A stretch of 64,000 nt of DNA, from positions 73,532,001 to 73,596,000 of the forward strand of contig OZ024743.1 in the NCBI GenBank assembly GCA_964016885.1. Direction: 5' to 3'. The stretch comes from Eledone cirrhosa (lineage: Eukaryota). Shown here piece after piece: positions 1-13,500 of this stretch. The stretch's first letter is position 1; the number at the start of each line of letters is the position of its first letter. The notes below the pieces were generated by a model. The model worked only from the letters and a program-made list of their open reading frames with translations. It was not told where the DNA came from and did no database searches. Both the position numbers and the translations under genes were made by a program.

Positions 1-66
1 TATATATATACATGTATATAATATATATATATATGTGTGTGTGTATGCATATATATATATGTGTGC

Positions 67-149
<83 letters not shown>

Positions 150-248
150 TATATATATATATTTCTGGCAATATATATATATATTATTTCTGGCAATATT
201 ACAACAATATGACCCTCCCCAAGTATAACTATATACATATATATATAT

Positions 249-513
249 TAGTAGAGCACTGGTGGTTTACATCCGCACTAGTAGAGCACTCAGTCAGTGG
301 GACGAGTTTGGTAGAAGTAGTTCCACAATAAGTTAACAAACCATATTTGAGAAAATGCGTTTCTCTCGAAGAATTCTTCAACTCGTTCTTCGGGTGAAAC
401 GCTTGTTCCCAAGTATGGTTTGCTATTTTGTTGTAGAACTATCTCTATACCGAACTCATCCATTGGAGTGAGTGCACTACCGACTTTGGATATAACCCCC
501 ACGTGTTTTACCA
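249..513. mobile_element. Fold-back element in (TA)n (family A), imperfect inverted repeat 281-480
   Basis: gtagagcact(281)...agtgcactac(480) arms with centre flanked by gtttc...gaaac; related fragments at about 58148-58235 and 58975-59031. Confidence 0.6.
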
Positions 514-550
514 TATACATATATATATATATATATACATATATATATAA

Positions 551-632
<82 letters not shown>

Positions 633-1911
633 GTGTATATGTAAATCTTTATATTTGATAATCTCCCATAAGGTTGAGATGCAATTTAGACAATATTAGG
701 CTGCGCTTTCTAGCAGCCAGCCCACTCGCCGTAAGGCACCAATCACATTCTTTCTGACATGACCACTGCCACGTCACAGTTCTTAGCCATTTTGAATTCG
801 TTTCTGGCGGGGATCATTTAAGAAAAATGTTCCAAGTGAGTTTGTTTCCTGATGATTTCGAAACTTGGAAATTTATCCTTGATCGGATATTTCCGAAAGC
901 GAATGAAACCCTAAAGTGTAGAAACGTAATCCTGGTATGTGTATATGCATTTTTTCTTCTAACTTTAATTTTATACCTAATTGTGTATGGTTGACGATAT
1001 TTTTAATCGATTTCCACGTGCTATTGAAATGCTAGGTAAATATTCTATAGCTGTTGATCGCGAATAGATGGCTGTCTTTTATTTATCTATTATTTCTTCA
1101 TAGGTGCCTTTTAATCTTATAGCCTGGTTTAATTGTTTTTTATGTGTGGTTGATTATGCTAATTGGGAGAGGAACTAGTGTATATATCTTATCAAATGAT
1201 TCTATGGACATAATTTACAGTATATTGCTCTGATTATTTAATTTATTAATTAATCATTGAGCCACATCATGAATGTTTGCCACAAACATATATATAAATA
1301 TATCTATGACTTTGTCTAGTTTGTGTATATGTAAATCTTTATATTTGATAATCTCCCATAAGGTTGAGATGCAATTTAGGCAATATTAGGCTGCGCTTTC
1401 TAGCATCCAGCCCACTCGCCGTAAGGCACCAATCACATTCTTTCTGACATGACCACTGCCACGTCACAGTTCTTAGCCATTTTGAATTCGTTTCTGGCGG
1501 GGATCATTTAAGAAAAATGTTCCAAGTGAGTTTGTTTCCTGATGATTTCGAAGCTCGGAAATTTATCCTTGATCGGATATTTCCAAAAGCGAATGAAACC
1601 CTAAAGGGTAGAAACGTAATCCTGGTATGTTTATATGCATTTTTTCTTCTAACTTTAATTTTATACTAATTGTGTATGGTTGACGATATATTTAATCGAT
1701 TTCCACATGCTATTGAAATTCTGGGTAAATATTCTATAGCTGTTGATCGCGAATAGATGGCTGTCGTTTATTTATCTATTATTTCTTCATAGGTGCCTTT
1801 TAATCTTATAGCCTGGTTTAATTGGTTTTTATGTGTGGTTGATTATGCTAATTGGGAGAGGAAATAGTGTATATATCTTATCAAATGATTCTATGGACAT
1901 AATTTATAGTA
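633..1911. repeat. Tandem direct repeat, period 690 nt (about 1.85 units), bounded by (TA)n
   Basis: gtgtatatgtaaatctttatatttgataatctccc starts at 633 and 1323; copies nearly identical through aatttacagta/aatttatagta. Confidence 0.9.
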
Positions 1912-1930
1912 TATATATATATATATATAT

Positions 1931-2124
1931 AACGAAGGAATTGTGGTAGGGAACCAGATGGACCATAACGCACCAGAGTACCCAATACTTAGGGTAGAAG
2001 AGTGAGTAATAGGAAAAGGTATGACCCCGACGGCAGAGCTCAAGCCGTTTCGACGGATATTTCTGAACATAAATAGCCGTCGAAACGGCTTGAGCTCTGC
2101 CGTCGGGGTCATACCTTTTCCTAT
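1931..2124 (-). mobile_element. Hairpin element family X carrying the 3' half of a Type I HHR
   Basis: Arms about 2009-2063/2070-2124; GAAA-stem III (ACGGC/GCCGT)-GTC-GGGGTC; homologues at 27791 and 58594. Confidence 0.7.
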
Positions 2125-2637
2125 ATATATATATATATATATCAGCTTTAGCCATTCCCCCTCCCACTCCGGTGGAGTGGGAGGGGGGAGATTGGTGTGT
2201 ATGGGCAATTGCTGGTGCTGGTCTTCCACAAACAACCTTCCCCGGACTTGTGTCTCGGAGGATAGCTTTGTTGGTGCAAATCCCATGGTCCTTCGTGACT
2301 GATGGGGGTCTAAATATATATATATATATATATATACTTAATACATTAACAGAGAAAGCTTTAAGCAATACTCCGACCGACATCCATCTCACTCAACAAA
2401 CATTAGGATATACCTGAGTATAACCCTAATTATATGTTTGGGGTGCTAACTATATTGTATTTTGTAGATAGCCGGCTGTATTATTTTATATGAGACATAA
2501 TTAAATACATCTCTCCTTCCATTATATTTGTTTGTGTTGTTGTTTTTTTTCGAAGAATCTCCGTCGGTTTTGACGATGATTCACCCAGTTGTTCGACAAC
2601 GGAATCTCCTGATTATATATATATATATAATCTCCTG

Positions 2638-2722
<85 letters not shown>

Positions 2723-2730
<8 letters not shown>

Positions 2731-2843
2731 TTAGAAATTATAAGCTTTCACCGTATTTTAGACTAAAGAAATTTCTAGCCTGATAGTGGGGTTTTTTCTT
2801 TAGTCTAAAATACGGTGAAAGCTTATAATTTCTAATTTCTAAT
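2723..2843. repeat. Near-perfect inverted repeat (about 50 bp arms) in (TA)n
   Basis: attagaaattagaaattataagctttcaccg...cggtgaaagcttataatttctaatttctaat. Confidence 0.85.
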
Positions 2844-2897
2844 TTCAAACTCGCGCACCGTTTCAAAAACATACTTACATGTTTACGTTTATAATTT

Positions 2898-2970
<73 letters not shown>

Positions 2971-2971
2971 T

Positions 2972-3530
2972 AAGTAGTAACACAATAGTTAGTTCTCTAT
3001 ACCGAGAACAAATGTTTCACCTTGCGGATCTTCAGCTAGCTCGGACTGAGAATGGTTGTACGAACAGGAAAAGGAGAAACAACCGTATGAATACGCATGC
3101 GCAGAAACGGTCACTTCCCCCAGGCGATAAAAATCCATGGTCGAACGGTGTAAGAGAGATAACTGCGAATGTCCGGAATAAATGGTTTGAGTTGATTAGA
3201 ATATTAGAAAGACGATGTTATTTAATCCGGACCTTTGTAGTTATGCAAGAGGCTTTCCCAGACGCGTGGACAACGTGAGAAAAGCTCATTTCTTGAATTT
3301 AGGCAATCTCTATTGCGTAATCTCCTCAGAATATTGATCCTTTCTTCAATGCACAGTCCACAAGACAGATTACCCACTTGCGTATGGCGTGGACTTAGTG
3401 ATAGCTTTCCATTGGATGGAGTAATTTACACCTGAGTCTTTGAAGGACCATACGTGGCTCGCGAGTTTCGTGGACGATCGTTTGTCCGGGTATCTAAAGG
3501 GCGATGATGGTTCAGGAAACGCTCCTTATA
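2972..3530 (-). mobile_element. 5'-truncated Penelope-like element (Naiad-like): GIY-YIG C-terminus (3222-3530) plus pLTR with HHR-like core (about 3002-3044)
   Basis: Manual minus-strand translation with frameshifts: YKERFLNH..FRYPDKRSSTKLASHVWSFKD..NYSIQWK..CGLCIEE..LNSRNELFSRCP; core CTGAAGA-TCC-gcaa-GGT-GAAA. Confidence 0.8.
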
Positions 3531-3817
3531 TATATATATAAGTTCCTTATATATATATATATATATAAGTTCCTTATATATATATATATATACACACAGA
3601 ATTATAGCATTATTCAGTTTTTCTAAAACTAATCAATTAATTTAATTGAAATAGTCAAATATTACCGATCCTAGACTAGTATGTAACAGATACGATGAAA
3701 TACGTGCCATTGTTATGCAATGAATATTATTCCCATTCTTCTGGATTGATTGCGATGTTTTAAATAATAATTTGGTAAATTTCTCTCTCTCTGTATATAT
3801 ATCAATAAAGGATCGGA

Positions 3818-4060
3818 GGCCATATTCAGCTGATTCATGTTTATATAAAACTCCGTTATACATATTTCACTGAGGACTGTCAGTTATGGCAAAACTAAAC
3901 ATTGAAAGTTCCTAAAAAGAACCTTTAAATTTGAAAAAATCCAATAATTTTCGCAAAAAAGATTTTGACGTCTGAAGAGTTCATGCTATCATAATTGATA
4001 GTCCTCAGTGAAATATGTATAACGGAGTTTTAAATAAACCCGAATCAACTGAACATGGCC
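3818..4060. repeat. Imperfect inverted repeat (3818-3888/3990-4060) with a degenerate HHR-like core
   Basis: aaaactccgttatacatatttcactgaggact and its reverse complement; CTGAAGA at 3972, GAAA at 4010. Confidence 0.6.
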
Positions 4061-4127
4061 TTATTATCTGCTTCACAACCGATGGACCATAATGTGGTCC
4101 GCACATCTGTGTTTGGTTAAACCCATA

Positions 4128-4200
<73 letters not shown>

Positions 4201-4644
4201 GTAGGAGGTGAGTTTTATTGTAGTACAATAAAGCAATATACAGATATCGGATAAGAAGCACTCTACAGTTTGTAGGGCTGGAGTATACATAATATATAAT
4301 ATCAAAAGATGGTTAAAAGAGTTCCATGTATTTTATTATGCGCATTTCAAAAACAAATATCATCATGCAATAACATTTGTGTTTTCATCAGATAAAATAG
4401 GAAGACATGATATGAAGGTTAAAGAACACTTGTGAATAGTGCAGTTTTAAATCAACATATGGAAAGTAGTTTTAGATTGATGTGTGATATTGAGAAAAAA
4501 AAATGTTTATGTGGGGGGGGGGTGCAAAAGAGGAGGAGATGAGAGTAAAAAGTGGAGGGGCAGGAGTATAATGAGGAAGGATGAGATAGGAGGAGAGATG
4601 GGTGATAGAGTAAAGCTGGAAAATCTTCCTTGTGGATTCAATGA

Positions 4645-6569
4645 TCGGATAATGTCCATGAGAGAGTCCCGCTGATTCAAAACCGCTTTGGGACTCTGGT
4701 CAGTGTGTACGCTCCTACTATGTGTGCTAGTGATGATGAAAAACTAAGTTTCTACATGTCTTTGAGAGAGGTCATCCAACCTTATGCAGACAACATTGTC
4801 ATCCTTGGTGATTTTAATGCACGTGTTGGTAATGACTGGGGAGCTTGGAGTGTAATGGGCAGGCATGGAGTAGGTAAGTGCAATAACAATGGCCTACTTC
4901 TGTTGCAGATGTGCACTGAGATGGATCTTCTTGTTGGGAACACGCTCTTTCAGCAGAAAGACAAATATAAGACAACTTGGATGCATCCAGGTTCCAAGAA
5001 GTGGTACCTTATTGACTTTATTTTAACGAGAAAACGTGATATCAGGGATATCACGTTGGTTCGTTTATTGCGAGGCGCGGAATGTTGGACTGATCATTGT
5101 CTGGTGCGCGCCAAGTTTCAATTTGTTGTGAAGCCCAAAGTAAGGGGGGAAAAGGTTGCACTTCCAAAACAACTAAACATGGCTCGTCTGAAAACAGAGA
5201 AATTGATGATGAGTTCATCCGGTCGATTCCATCCAGACCTACAAAGCTGGCAATGGCTGATCCTCCTTCATTTGATGAGGTGGCGAAGGCCATTGCCAAA
5301 TTAAACAGCGGCAAGTCACCTGGAATGGATGGACTGAGTGCCGAGATTTTCAAGTGTGCTGGTGATAACTTCTTAAACCGCCTCACTGATCTCCTTGTGA
5401 ATATTTGGAAAATGTACCACAGGATTGGAAAGATGCAAGGGATCCAAAGATGACTGTGGCAACTACAGAGGTATTTCACTGTATCTGTGGCTGGGAAGAT
5501 CTTGTGCAGGATATTGTTGGACAGATTGATACAGCACATTGCTGTTGAAGTACTTCCTGAGTCCCAATGTGGCTTTAGGAATGGCAGAGGCACTGTTAAC
5601 ATGATCTTCTCGGCCAAACAACTTCAAGAGAAATGTATTGAGCAGCGCATGGACTTATACCAAGTTTTTGTCGATCTGACCAAGGCATTTGACACCGTTA
5701 ATCGGAAGGCTTTGTGGGTTATTTTGGAGAGATTGGGCTGTCCTGAAAAGTTTGTGAGCATTCTGAAACTCTTCCACGATGAAATGCAGGCATGGGTGAT
5801 GTTGGAGGTAAACTGTCTGAGCCAATCTCGGTTGAAAATGGTGTCAAGCAGGGTGATATACCTGCACCGAATTTGTTTGCCTTGTATTTCGCGATGGTGT
5901 TCTTCATGGCCTTCAAGGATTGCCAACACGGTATCTATCTCAGCATTGAGAGTATCATCCACCAACGGCGTTTGCGATGGACCGGACACCTCTGCAGAAT
6001 GGAGGATGATCGAATCCCAAAACAACTCTTGTATGGCGAGCTTTGTGAGAGTAAGAGACCACCTCACAAGCCAAAGCTCCGATTCAAGGATTGTGTTAAG
6101 GACTCATTGAAAAAAACTGGTTTGATGATGGCTGACTGGGAGATAGAAGCTCTTGAAAGAGAAACTTGGCGTGGAATGGTGAATGATGGGGTTCATAATT
6201 TTGAGGACAGACGCATAGAGCACGAGAAGATCAAACGCGATGTGCGTAAGCAATGCCCTGGTGTATCTCTCGAAACGATCGGTGTCTCCATTGAATTGAA
6301 GTGCCCTGAGTGTGGAAAAATTTGCTTGAGCAAATCTGGTCTCAGGAGCCACAGTCGCAGCCATGTCCAAGGAGAACCAGTGAACTATGATCTCCACGAT
6401 GTTGTGAGGGTTCACGGGCAACTTCATGCAGGACCTCAAATCAGAGAGATCCATAGTTGTCATCAGTGTGTGAAAGAGTGCAAGTCTCTAGCAGGCTTGA
6501 AAAGCTATATCCGAACGTCCCACATCTGAACCTGACAAGCGATTGCAGTACTCTTGGCAGAGTTTGCAA

Positions 6570-6575
<6 letters not shown>
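4645..6575 (+). mobile_element. Degenerate RTE-clade LINE: APE endonuclease, partial RT, C-terminal C2H2 fingers; frameshifted and internally deleted
   Basis: VYAPT, GDFNARVG, IDFIL, TDH (APE); PESQCGFR, FVDLTKAFDTV, GVKQG (RT); RRLRWTGH..RIPKQLLYGEL; CPECGK..H..H; ends in (TA)n. Confidence 0.92.
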
Positions 6576-6616
<41 letters not shown>

Positions 6617-7112
6617 TGTGTGTGTGTGTGTGTGTGTTAAGCCGAATTATACGATTAATTGATATCTGTATATATATATATATATATACTGTGCATCTAT
6701 AGATTGTTCGTATACTTAATAAGTAAAATCTAACTACATATGGAATTGAAGTGAAGAGAAATAGTTACAGGCAGCAGGGGTGGTGGAAGCATTTCTGAAT
6801 TGGAAAGGGAGCCACATTTGCACAATTTATTTGTAGTGATTAGTTTAGCCGTTTGCACTCAAAGATGGTCAGAAAACTTCGATGTACGATAAAAATAATA
6901 TGTACAAAAATTGTACCACTTATCCAAATAGTTTCGTAGTTTGGGGAGAAAATATAATTATTGTAGGGGGACATGCCCCTCCCCAAGTTTCAGCACTAGT
7001 GTATATATATAATTTTTTTTGAATTATGCCCTGTGCCCTTTCTTAAGGGGTTAATGTATTGAGCTTCTTCGCATTTGGTAAGAAACTGTATTATACCCAA
7101 TTTATTCATCTC

Positions 7113-7152
<40 letters not shown>

Positions 7153-7157
<5 letters not shown>

Positions 7158-7325
7158 GTAAACAGAAATAACAACACATTCGGTACAGTATGTGGAAAGA
7201 ATATATTAGGTTAACGCTAGATATAGCAGGAAGAGGGTCTTAACGTTTCGGACGCTTCTCTTTCATCAGAAGAAAGAATGAGAAATAAGATAGATTGAGG
7301 GGGAGGGCGGGTTGGAATTTCATTT
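7153..7325 (-). mobile_element. pLTR-like fragment family S with HHR (7238-7273)
   Basis: Reverse complement tctt-CTGATGA...cc-GAAA-CGT-T-aaga (stem II degraded); homologous to 18685-18890 and 19885-20090. Confidence 0.7.
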
Positions 7326-7506
7326 ATTACGGCTATTGGTGAGATTTGTTACTCTAGATTTTCACCTGCTCACTCACAGGATCACCAGTCTTGTTTGGTG
7401 GTACGCAGGTGAGACTCCAGAGTAACAAGGCTTAGCCATAATAAATGAATATTTAAACTCTACTTTGGTATTGAGGTTCCATTCTTACGTTCGTCAATAA
7501 TTCACG

Positions 7507-8073
7507 TACTCTCAGGTCTTGAATAATCGTCCCCACCCCCCGCTTATTAATTTGTCAGATTTTCCCACACACACCGTTCCTTTTTTATTCCACCTCCATG
7601 CCCCACTCGCTTATTAATTTGTTTTTCTTTAATCTATCTCCGGCGAAATGTTATTGTAAGTGATTCATATTTATACTGTAGCTGGAGAATCTAATAATTG
7701 TTTCTACTCTTGGCACAAGGCCAGCAGTTACCCAGTGCATTACTGGTACTTTATTTTATCGACCCCGTAAGGATGAAAGTCAAAGTTAACCTCGGCGGGA
7801 TTTGAACTCAGAATGGCAAGGGCCGTAACTCTATGCGTCAAAGCATGGCGTCCGACCCTCTACCGATACTGCCAATCCACCGCCCTTTTAACTCTAATAA
7901 TGATTTTATTTCACATTTAAAAAAACATTATATATGACAAAAGAAGAAAATAACAATAAATCCCATATTTACGAACGTACACTATACAATTACTGATTTC
8001 CTAAGCTTTCCACCCTCCGCATTCTTGCCGCACCCCCCTCTCCCCCAACCCCTATTATTTAGGACCCGAGAGT
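7507..8073. mobile_element. TIR MITE (Tc1/mariner-like ends), interrupted by a SINE
   Basis: tactctcaggtcttgaataat...attatttaggacccgagagt; same family at 25434-25852 and 43278-43627. Confidence 0.65.
7699..7884 (-). mobile_element. tRNA-derived SINE (octopod-type) with tctaataat TSD
   Basis: B-box GAGTTCAAATCC on minus strand; core gactttcatccttacggggtcgataaaataaagtaccag; tctaataat on both sides. Confidence 0.85.
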
Positions 8074-8079
8074 GCCACC

Positions 8080-8502
8080 AAACTCCCCTCCTCTCTCTGT
8101 CTATCACACAAAACTCTTTTTTAATCCCTCTCTCTATATCTACTAAAACCAAACTCTACCCCTCTCTATATCTACCACGACACCGCCTCTCTTTTCCCAC
8201 TCTCTATATCTAAGACTAATACACTCTCTCACTCTCTATAAATATCTACACTTATCTCTCCTAATCCCCCTCTGTATATCAATCACTCCTAAACTCTCCC
8301 TCTCTCTATATCTACTACACGGAACTCTCTTCCAACAGCCCTCTCTATATCAATAAACATCAATCTTTCCCCCCTCTCTATATCTACTACACGGAACTCT
8401 CTTCCAATACCCCTCTCTATATCAATAAACATCAATCTCCCCCTCTCTATATTTAATACACGACACACTCTCCCAACCTACCTCTCTATATCAATTACCA
8501 CT
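8080..8502. repeat. Degenerate minisatellite of about 30 bp (ctctctatatc-based), continuing at 14196-14270
   Basis: Recurrent ctctctatatcta/ctctctatatcaa units on both sides of the Tx1 element. Confidence 0.7.
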
Positions 8503-8697
8503 TGATATAGACGTGATTTACTTCGCTCCGGATTTTTACGGATTATTGTCAAAAAAACTGTGAGTTTATTGCTCAATTTAATAACATTGTTTAGTTTAAC
8601 CCCTTGCCTGGGCCGTCAGACGTTGATTCAACTAATTTTCGCTCCTTTCTGGGGCGAAATTTTCAATTTTCATCTCAAAACTATAGACTTGGTGGCA

Positions 8698-10500
8698 ATG
8701 GATGCCATTTCCACCTCGCACACTGTCGTGAGTGCCACGCCCACTAAGAAAAGTGGTGGAGGGAAGGTAGGAGTACAAAGCATGCAGCCTTCCCCCCCTC
8801 GCATCATCGAAAAACGTTAAAAATATCGAAACCACGAAACCAAACCCGGTAAATAATACCAGCACCAACAACAAGAACAATGACAATAACACCACAACCA
8901 ACAACTGCAACAATAGCAACACCAAGGAAAACATGAACAATATTACCAACAGTGACAGCAACAAAAAAGACAACACCAAAACAACATTCGCACAGACTGT
9001 AAAAAAAAACGAACTATACACGCCAATAGACATAACAAATGCTAAACAACTATTACAAGACGCAAAACAATTCGTGACTTTTGGCGAAAACGGTGCTTTT
9101 AGCATCAATTCTCCACAGGAATTACGTAGAGAAGCTGTCCTGAAAACTGTGGTTTTCATGACAATATCGAACGAAACAAGAAAACCAGCTCAATTATCAC
9201 AAAATGAAATTGAGCTGGTTCTAAAAGATGCAATGAAGGACTTAACCTCATACAAAAAGGTAAACTGTTTGGTAGCATTTCGGTGCTAATGAACAACCAG
9301 TCAACAGCTCAAAAGTACTCGGTATCACCCATTGTGTCCCCCCGCTTCACCTTTTTCCCCACATACAGGGGGAAAAGGACACAAAGAATAAAAATAATGA
9401 GTATCACACCAAATGTAAATATTTGGTGGATACTATGTGGAATCATTAACTTTGACGAAGACAAGATAATTTCAATAGGAAAGTCCTCCGGAGGTGTATT
9501 TGGTGGGACCACCGTAGAAGTTCTGGTGCAAATGAGCCCAGAACGAATAGCGAATATCCCACAACGCGTGCCTCTGGACAGGCTAAAATATATAAACATT
9601 TCAGTGGAGAGAAGGCGGCCGTCATGTTATCACTGCTTAAGCAGGGGTCACATGAGGGCTGCCTGTCCTCAATTAACGAGTAAAAAAAAAGGCTCTTCTG
9701 CCAACCCCGAACACAACAACACAACCACCACCACCACCACCACAACAACAACAACAACCACAACCACAACAACACGGAAAAATAACAACACAAAACACTG
9801 TTCCACCCAACCCCTCCCCACCTAAAACAAATACAAAAGCAACCACAACAAAACCCCAAAATATACCCCCCCCCAACAACACGGAAGAGGACTCCGTATC
9901 AACGTCACCCAGTGACGACGAGGGAGAACCCTTTCAACAGGTGAAAAGGAAAAAAAAAGGCACCACATTAATAAAAATGCCACAAACACACAACCACCAA
10001 CACAAACAGAACAAACATCACAAGTAAAAAGAACCACCCCTCCCCAAAACATAACACGTACTACAAAACGCAAACACGCACAAGAACAACAAACAAAAAC
10101 AAACACAACACAACAAACACTCTATACATACATTAACAAGAACAATAAAACGTTGATGAAAGCGATAGAAAATAACCCTTCGGTGGAAACCGAAGGGATC
10201 ACTTTCACGTACGCAGCGAACAAACCGCACCTAATGATGATTAGGGTCCCAACGGAAACCTATGTAACTTTGAAAAAGAACCATCCAATGCATGTGGGGA
10301 CCAACTGCACCAAACCACATAACAGCGTCCTATTGAGATGTTTCCCCACCCCCACACCAGATACCCACACCCCACCAAACAGCCTAATCCCACCACACAC
10401 TGATGTCCTCACCCCACCACAAACCACCACCCCACCAAACAACCCTTCCAACACCCCCATGGAAATTGTGCAGCCTGGTCCCCAGGAGACGAAGAGGTAA
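8698..10500 (+). pseudogene. Tx1 ORF1 (gag-like), frameshifted
   Basis: ATG at 8698; ORF pieces 8933-9289, 9283-9825 (CYHCLSRGHMRAAC = CX2CX4HX4C) and 10153-10500. Confidence 0.7.
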
Positions 10501-10542
10501 GTAATTTCCTTTCTTCTTCCTTTTTAACTCTTCAGCACCAAC

Positions 10543-13500
10543 ATGGCCAATATAAGAGTTGGATGTGTGAATGCACGCGGCTTGGGGATGTCCTGGAAAC
10601 AGGGCAAACTCTTAAATGACCTCAGGTGGCACAGAGTGGATGTAATGGTTATTTGCGAGTCCAGGGTCAGCAGCGAGCGCCAACTGGCCCCCATCTTCGA
10701 CGACTTTGAGATCTACGCATCTCTCTGTCAGCCGAGGGGTGGGGTGGGGTTGTCGGTCTGCTGCGAAAATACCTGGGTCTTGCCACACAGAAGGTACACC
10801 TGGACCCGGAGGGTCGACTGGTGGTTTTAGACGTCGGCAGTGGTGAAGGTGGAGCTTTCAGGCTGGTGGCAGCGTATGCCCCATCTGGGACACCGCGACC
10901 GGACTTCTTCCGACGCCTGGAGAATTTCCTGGGAACGTCTCGCTCCTTGCTTTTAGTGGGGGACTGGAATGGTATCCTGGATGCACGTTGGGACTATGTA
11001 GGGGCATGTCCCGATAGAGGTGGGTGTAACAGCCTCAAACAATTAATCGGCCGATTTGATCTGGCCGATAGATATCGACTAGATTTTCCGTCCGGTGGAC
11101 GTGGAGTAATCGCAGCGAAACATCTAGGTCGTACCTAGATAGGTTCCTAGTTAGAAATAAGGATAGGGACATATTAAGCTGTCCACGAATGTTCATGGTT
11201 GACTATTCGGATCACAAGTTGGTGACCGGAGTGGTCAACCTTGATAGAACTCATAGACAGGGACCCGGTTACTGGAAGCTAAACTTGTCTTTACCGACAA
11301 ACAAAGCTTACAGTAAGCGGATTAGCACACTAGTTAAGCAGTGTTTGACGGGAGCAATTGTCAACAACGGGTGGTGGGGCTCTCTCAAGAGAGAAATTAG
11401 AATAGAATCGATAGGTTTTAGTCGGGAATTAGCATCAGATAGGAATAGAACTGAAAGGGAATTAACAAATAGAGTAGAAGAGGCGATTAGGAGTGGCAAC
11501 GTGGCCGGCGTGCTGGCGTCAAGAAAGGCCCTAGACCAGTTCTTTGATGCGAAGCACGAGGGCTGCGTTGTCAGGAGTAAAATACGTGCTCTGGGTAACG
11601 AGGGAGCCAAAGCTGTTAGCTGGGCCCGAGTGACAGAGGCAAAAAGTGGAAATAAGTCCACGATTCGGTCTTTGAAGGACCAGGATGGACGCGTGATCCT
11701 TGAACCTGAGCGGATGAGCGCGGCCTTTCAACGGCGCTTTGCACGACTGTTCGGGAGGGGCGGCGGGCCGGGTGGGGCCATGGATTTCGGTCCATACCTC
11801 GACGGTCTGGCGCGGCTCTCGGACGGGGAGGCGAAGTCCTGCGAGAGGCCGATTTCAGCCGCTGAAATAGGGGAAGCGCTGAGCCAATGCGGCAAACGCA
11901 AATCTCCGGGTCTCGATGGTCTACCATACGAACTTTATGTAGCGATGCCGGGCTTGTTCTCCGGTCTCCTCGAGGCGGTCTACTGCAACTGGCAACAGAA
12001 CGGGAGAATTCCCAGTTCTGTGACCAAGGGCGTAGTCACGCTGGTGAGGCAGGACGAGAACAAGGGGGATGACATAGATAACCTCAGGCCCATAACTCTG
12101 CTAAACACAGAGTTAAAGATTTTGGCCAAGGTGTTAGCGAAGAGGTTGGCGCTTGTCGTCAGGAACCTGGTGGGAGAAGCGCAGACATGCGCAATCCCGT
12201 CCAGGTCCATACACGACAACCTCCACCTCATGCGATACATCGTAGAGAGGGTAGGGAACGAACCCGGCTTTGGTGGGGCCCTGATCAACTTGGATCAATC
12301 TAAGGCGTTCGATAGGGTTGACCATCGGTACCTGGATGCGGTGCTCGCGGCGGCAAGCTTCGGACCCGTTTTCAGGGGCTGGATTGCTGCAATGCACAGC
12401 AGCAACACCTGCTCGAGGGTCAAGGTGAACGGCTACCTCTCGGAGCCGTTCCAAATCACGCGATCCATTCGACAGGGATGCCCTCTCTCCTCCCTCCTGT
12501 ATGTGCTGGCTCTCGAGCCACTACTGCGGAAGCTGGAGCTGTTGCAGGGCATCCCCTTGGAACCGGGATTGCGGAAAGCGGTGTCGGCCTACGCCGATGA
12601 CGTGGCAGTAATGGTGTCGTGCGCCTCGGAAATCGGGCAGATCGGCACCTTACTGGAGGAATATGAAAGGTTCACAGGAGCCAAGCTGAACCGGGACAAG
12701 TCCGTCGGCTTGCAACTCGGGACGTGGAGGGGCAAAACGATGCCCTCCGACGGCATCGTCGGATGCTGGACAGAGGGACCGGTGAAGCTGCTCGGACCTC
12801 CAGGTGGAGAAAAACTGGGACGAGGTAACGGGCAAGGTCTTTGCACTCGCCCAGAAGTGGGCCGAGTGCAAACTATCTCTGAAAGGTCGAGCGGATGTGG
12901 CGAACGCTTATATAGCGTCCGTCATTTACTACCGCTTGACCGTCGTGCCTTGCCCAGAGAAAACACTCGCCAAAATGGAGCGCGCGCTCTTCCGATTTCT
13001 TTGGAAGAAGCGGGCTCCTTTGTTGAGAAGATCCATCTGCTGTCAACACCCTTCGAACGGAGGGCTGGGGATACCATGGCTGACGATGCGTAGACACGCA
13101 TTAAGGCTACGGCACCTCCAGGTATTCCTCACCGGTCAGCCGGTGTGGACCCTGTTTGTGAGGCGAGCCTTTCCGAGACTCGTCTCACTCACCGAGCTGC
13201 AATCCTGGGTCAAGCAAAGACCGAGAAAAGTGGGCGACTGGCACATTGAATGTGCCCAAGCACTCACGGTCCTCTGGCAAGCGGATCCGGCAATCAGTGG
13301 AGACTCAACCTCAACATCTATAGAGGGTTGGTGCGCAGTAAGTGCTACGACGCTCTCGGAGAGGCTGTGGGCATGGAGGAAGACGAGCTGTCCAGTCTGT
13401 TCGGTAGGACGTTTGGCCCGGGACCGATGGACAACTTCCAAAAGTCCCTGGCTTGGCAATTGTATCGAGGAGCTCTACCCGTTCGGGACAAGCTCTACAG

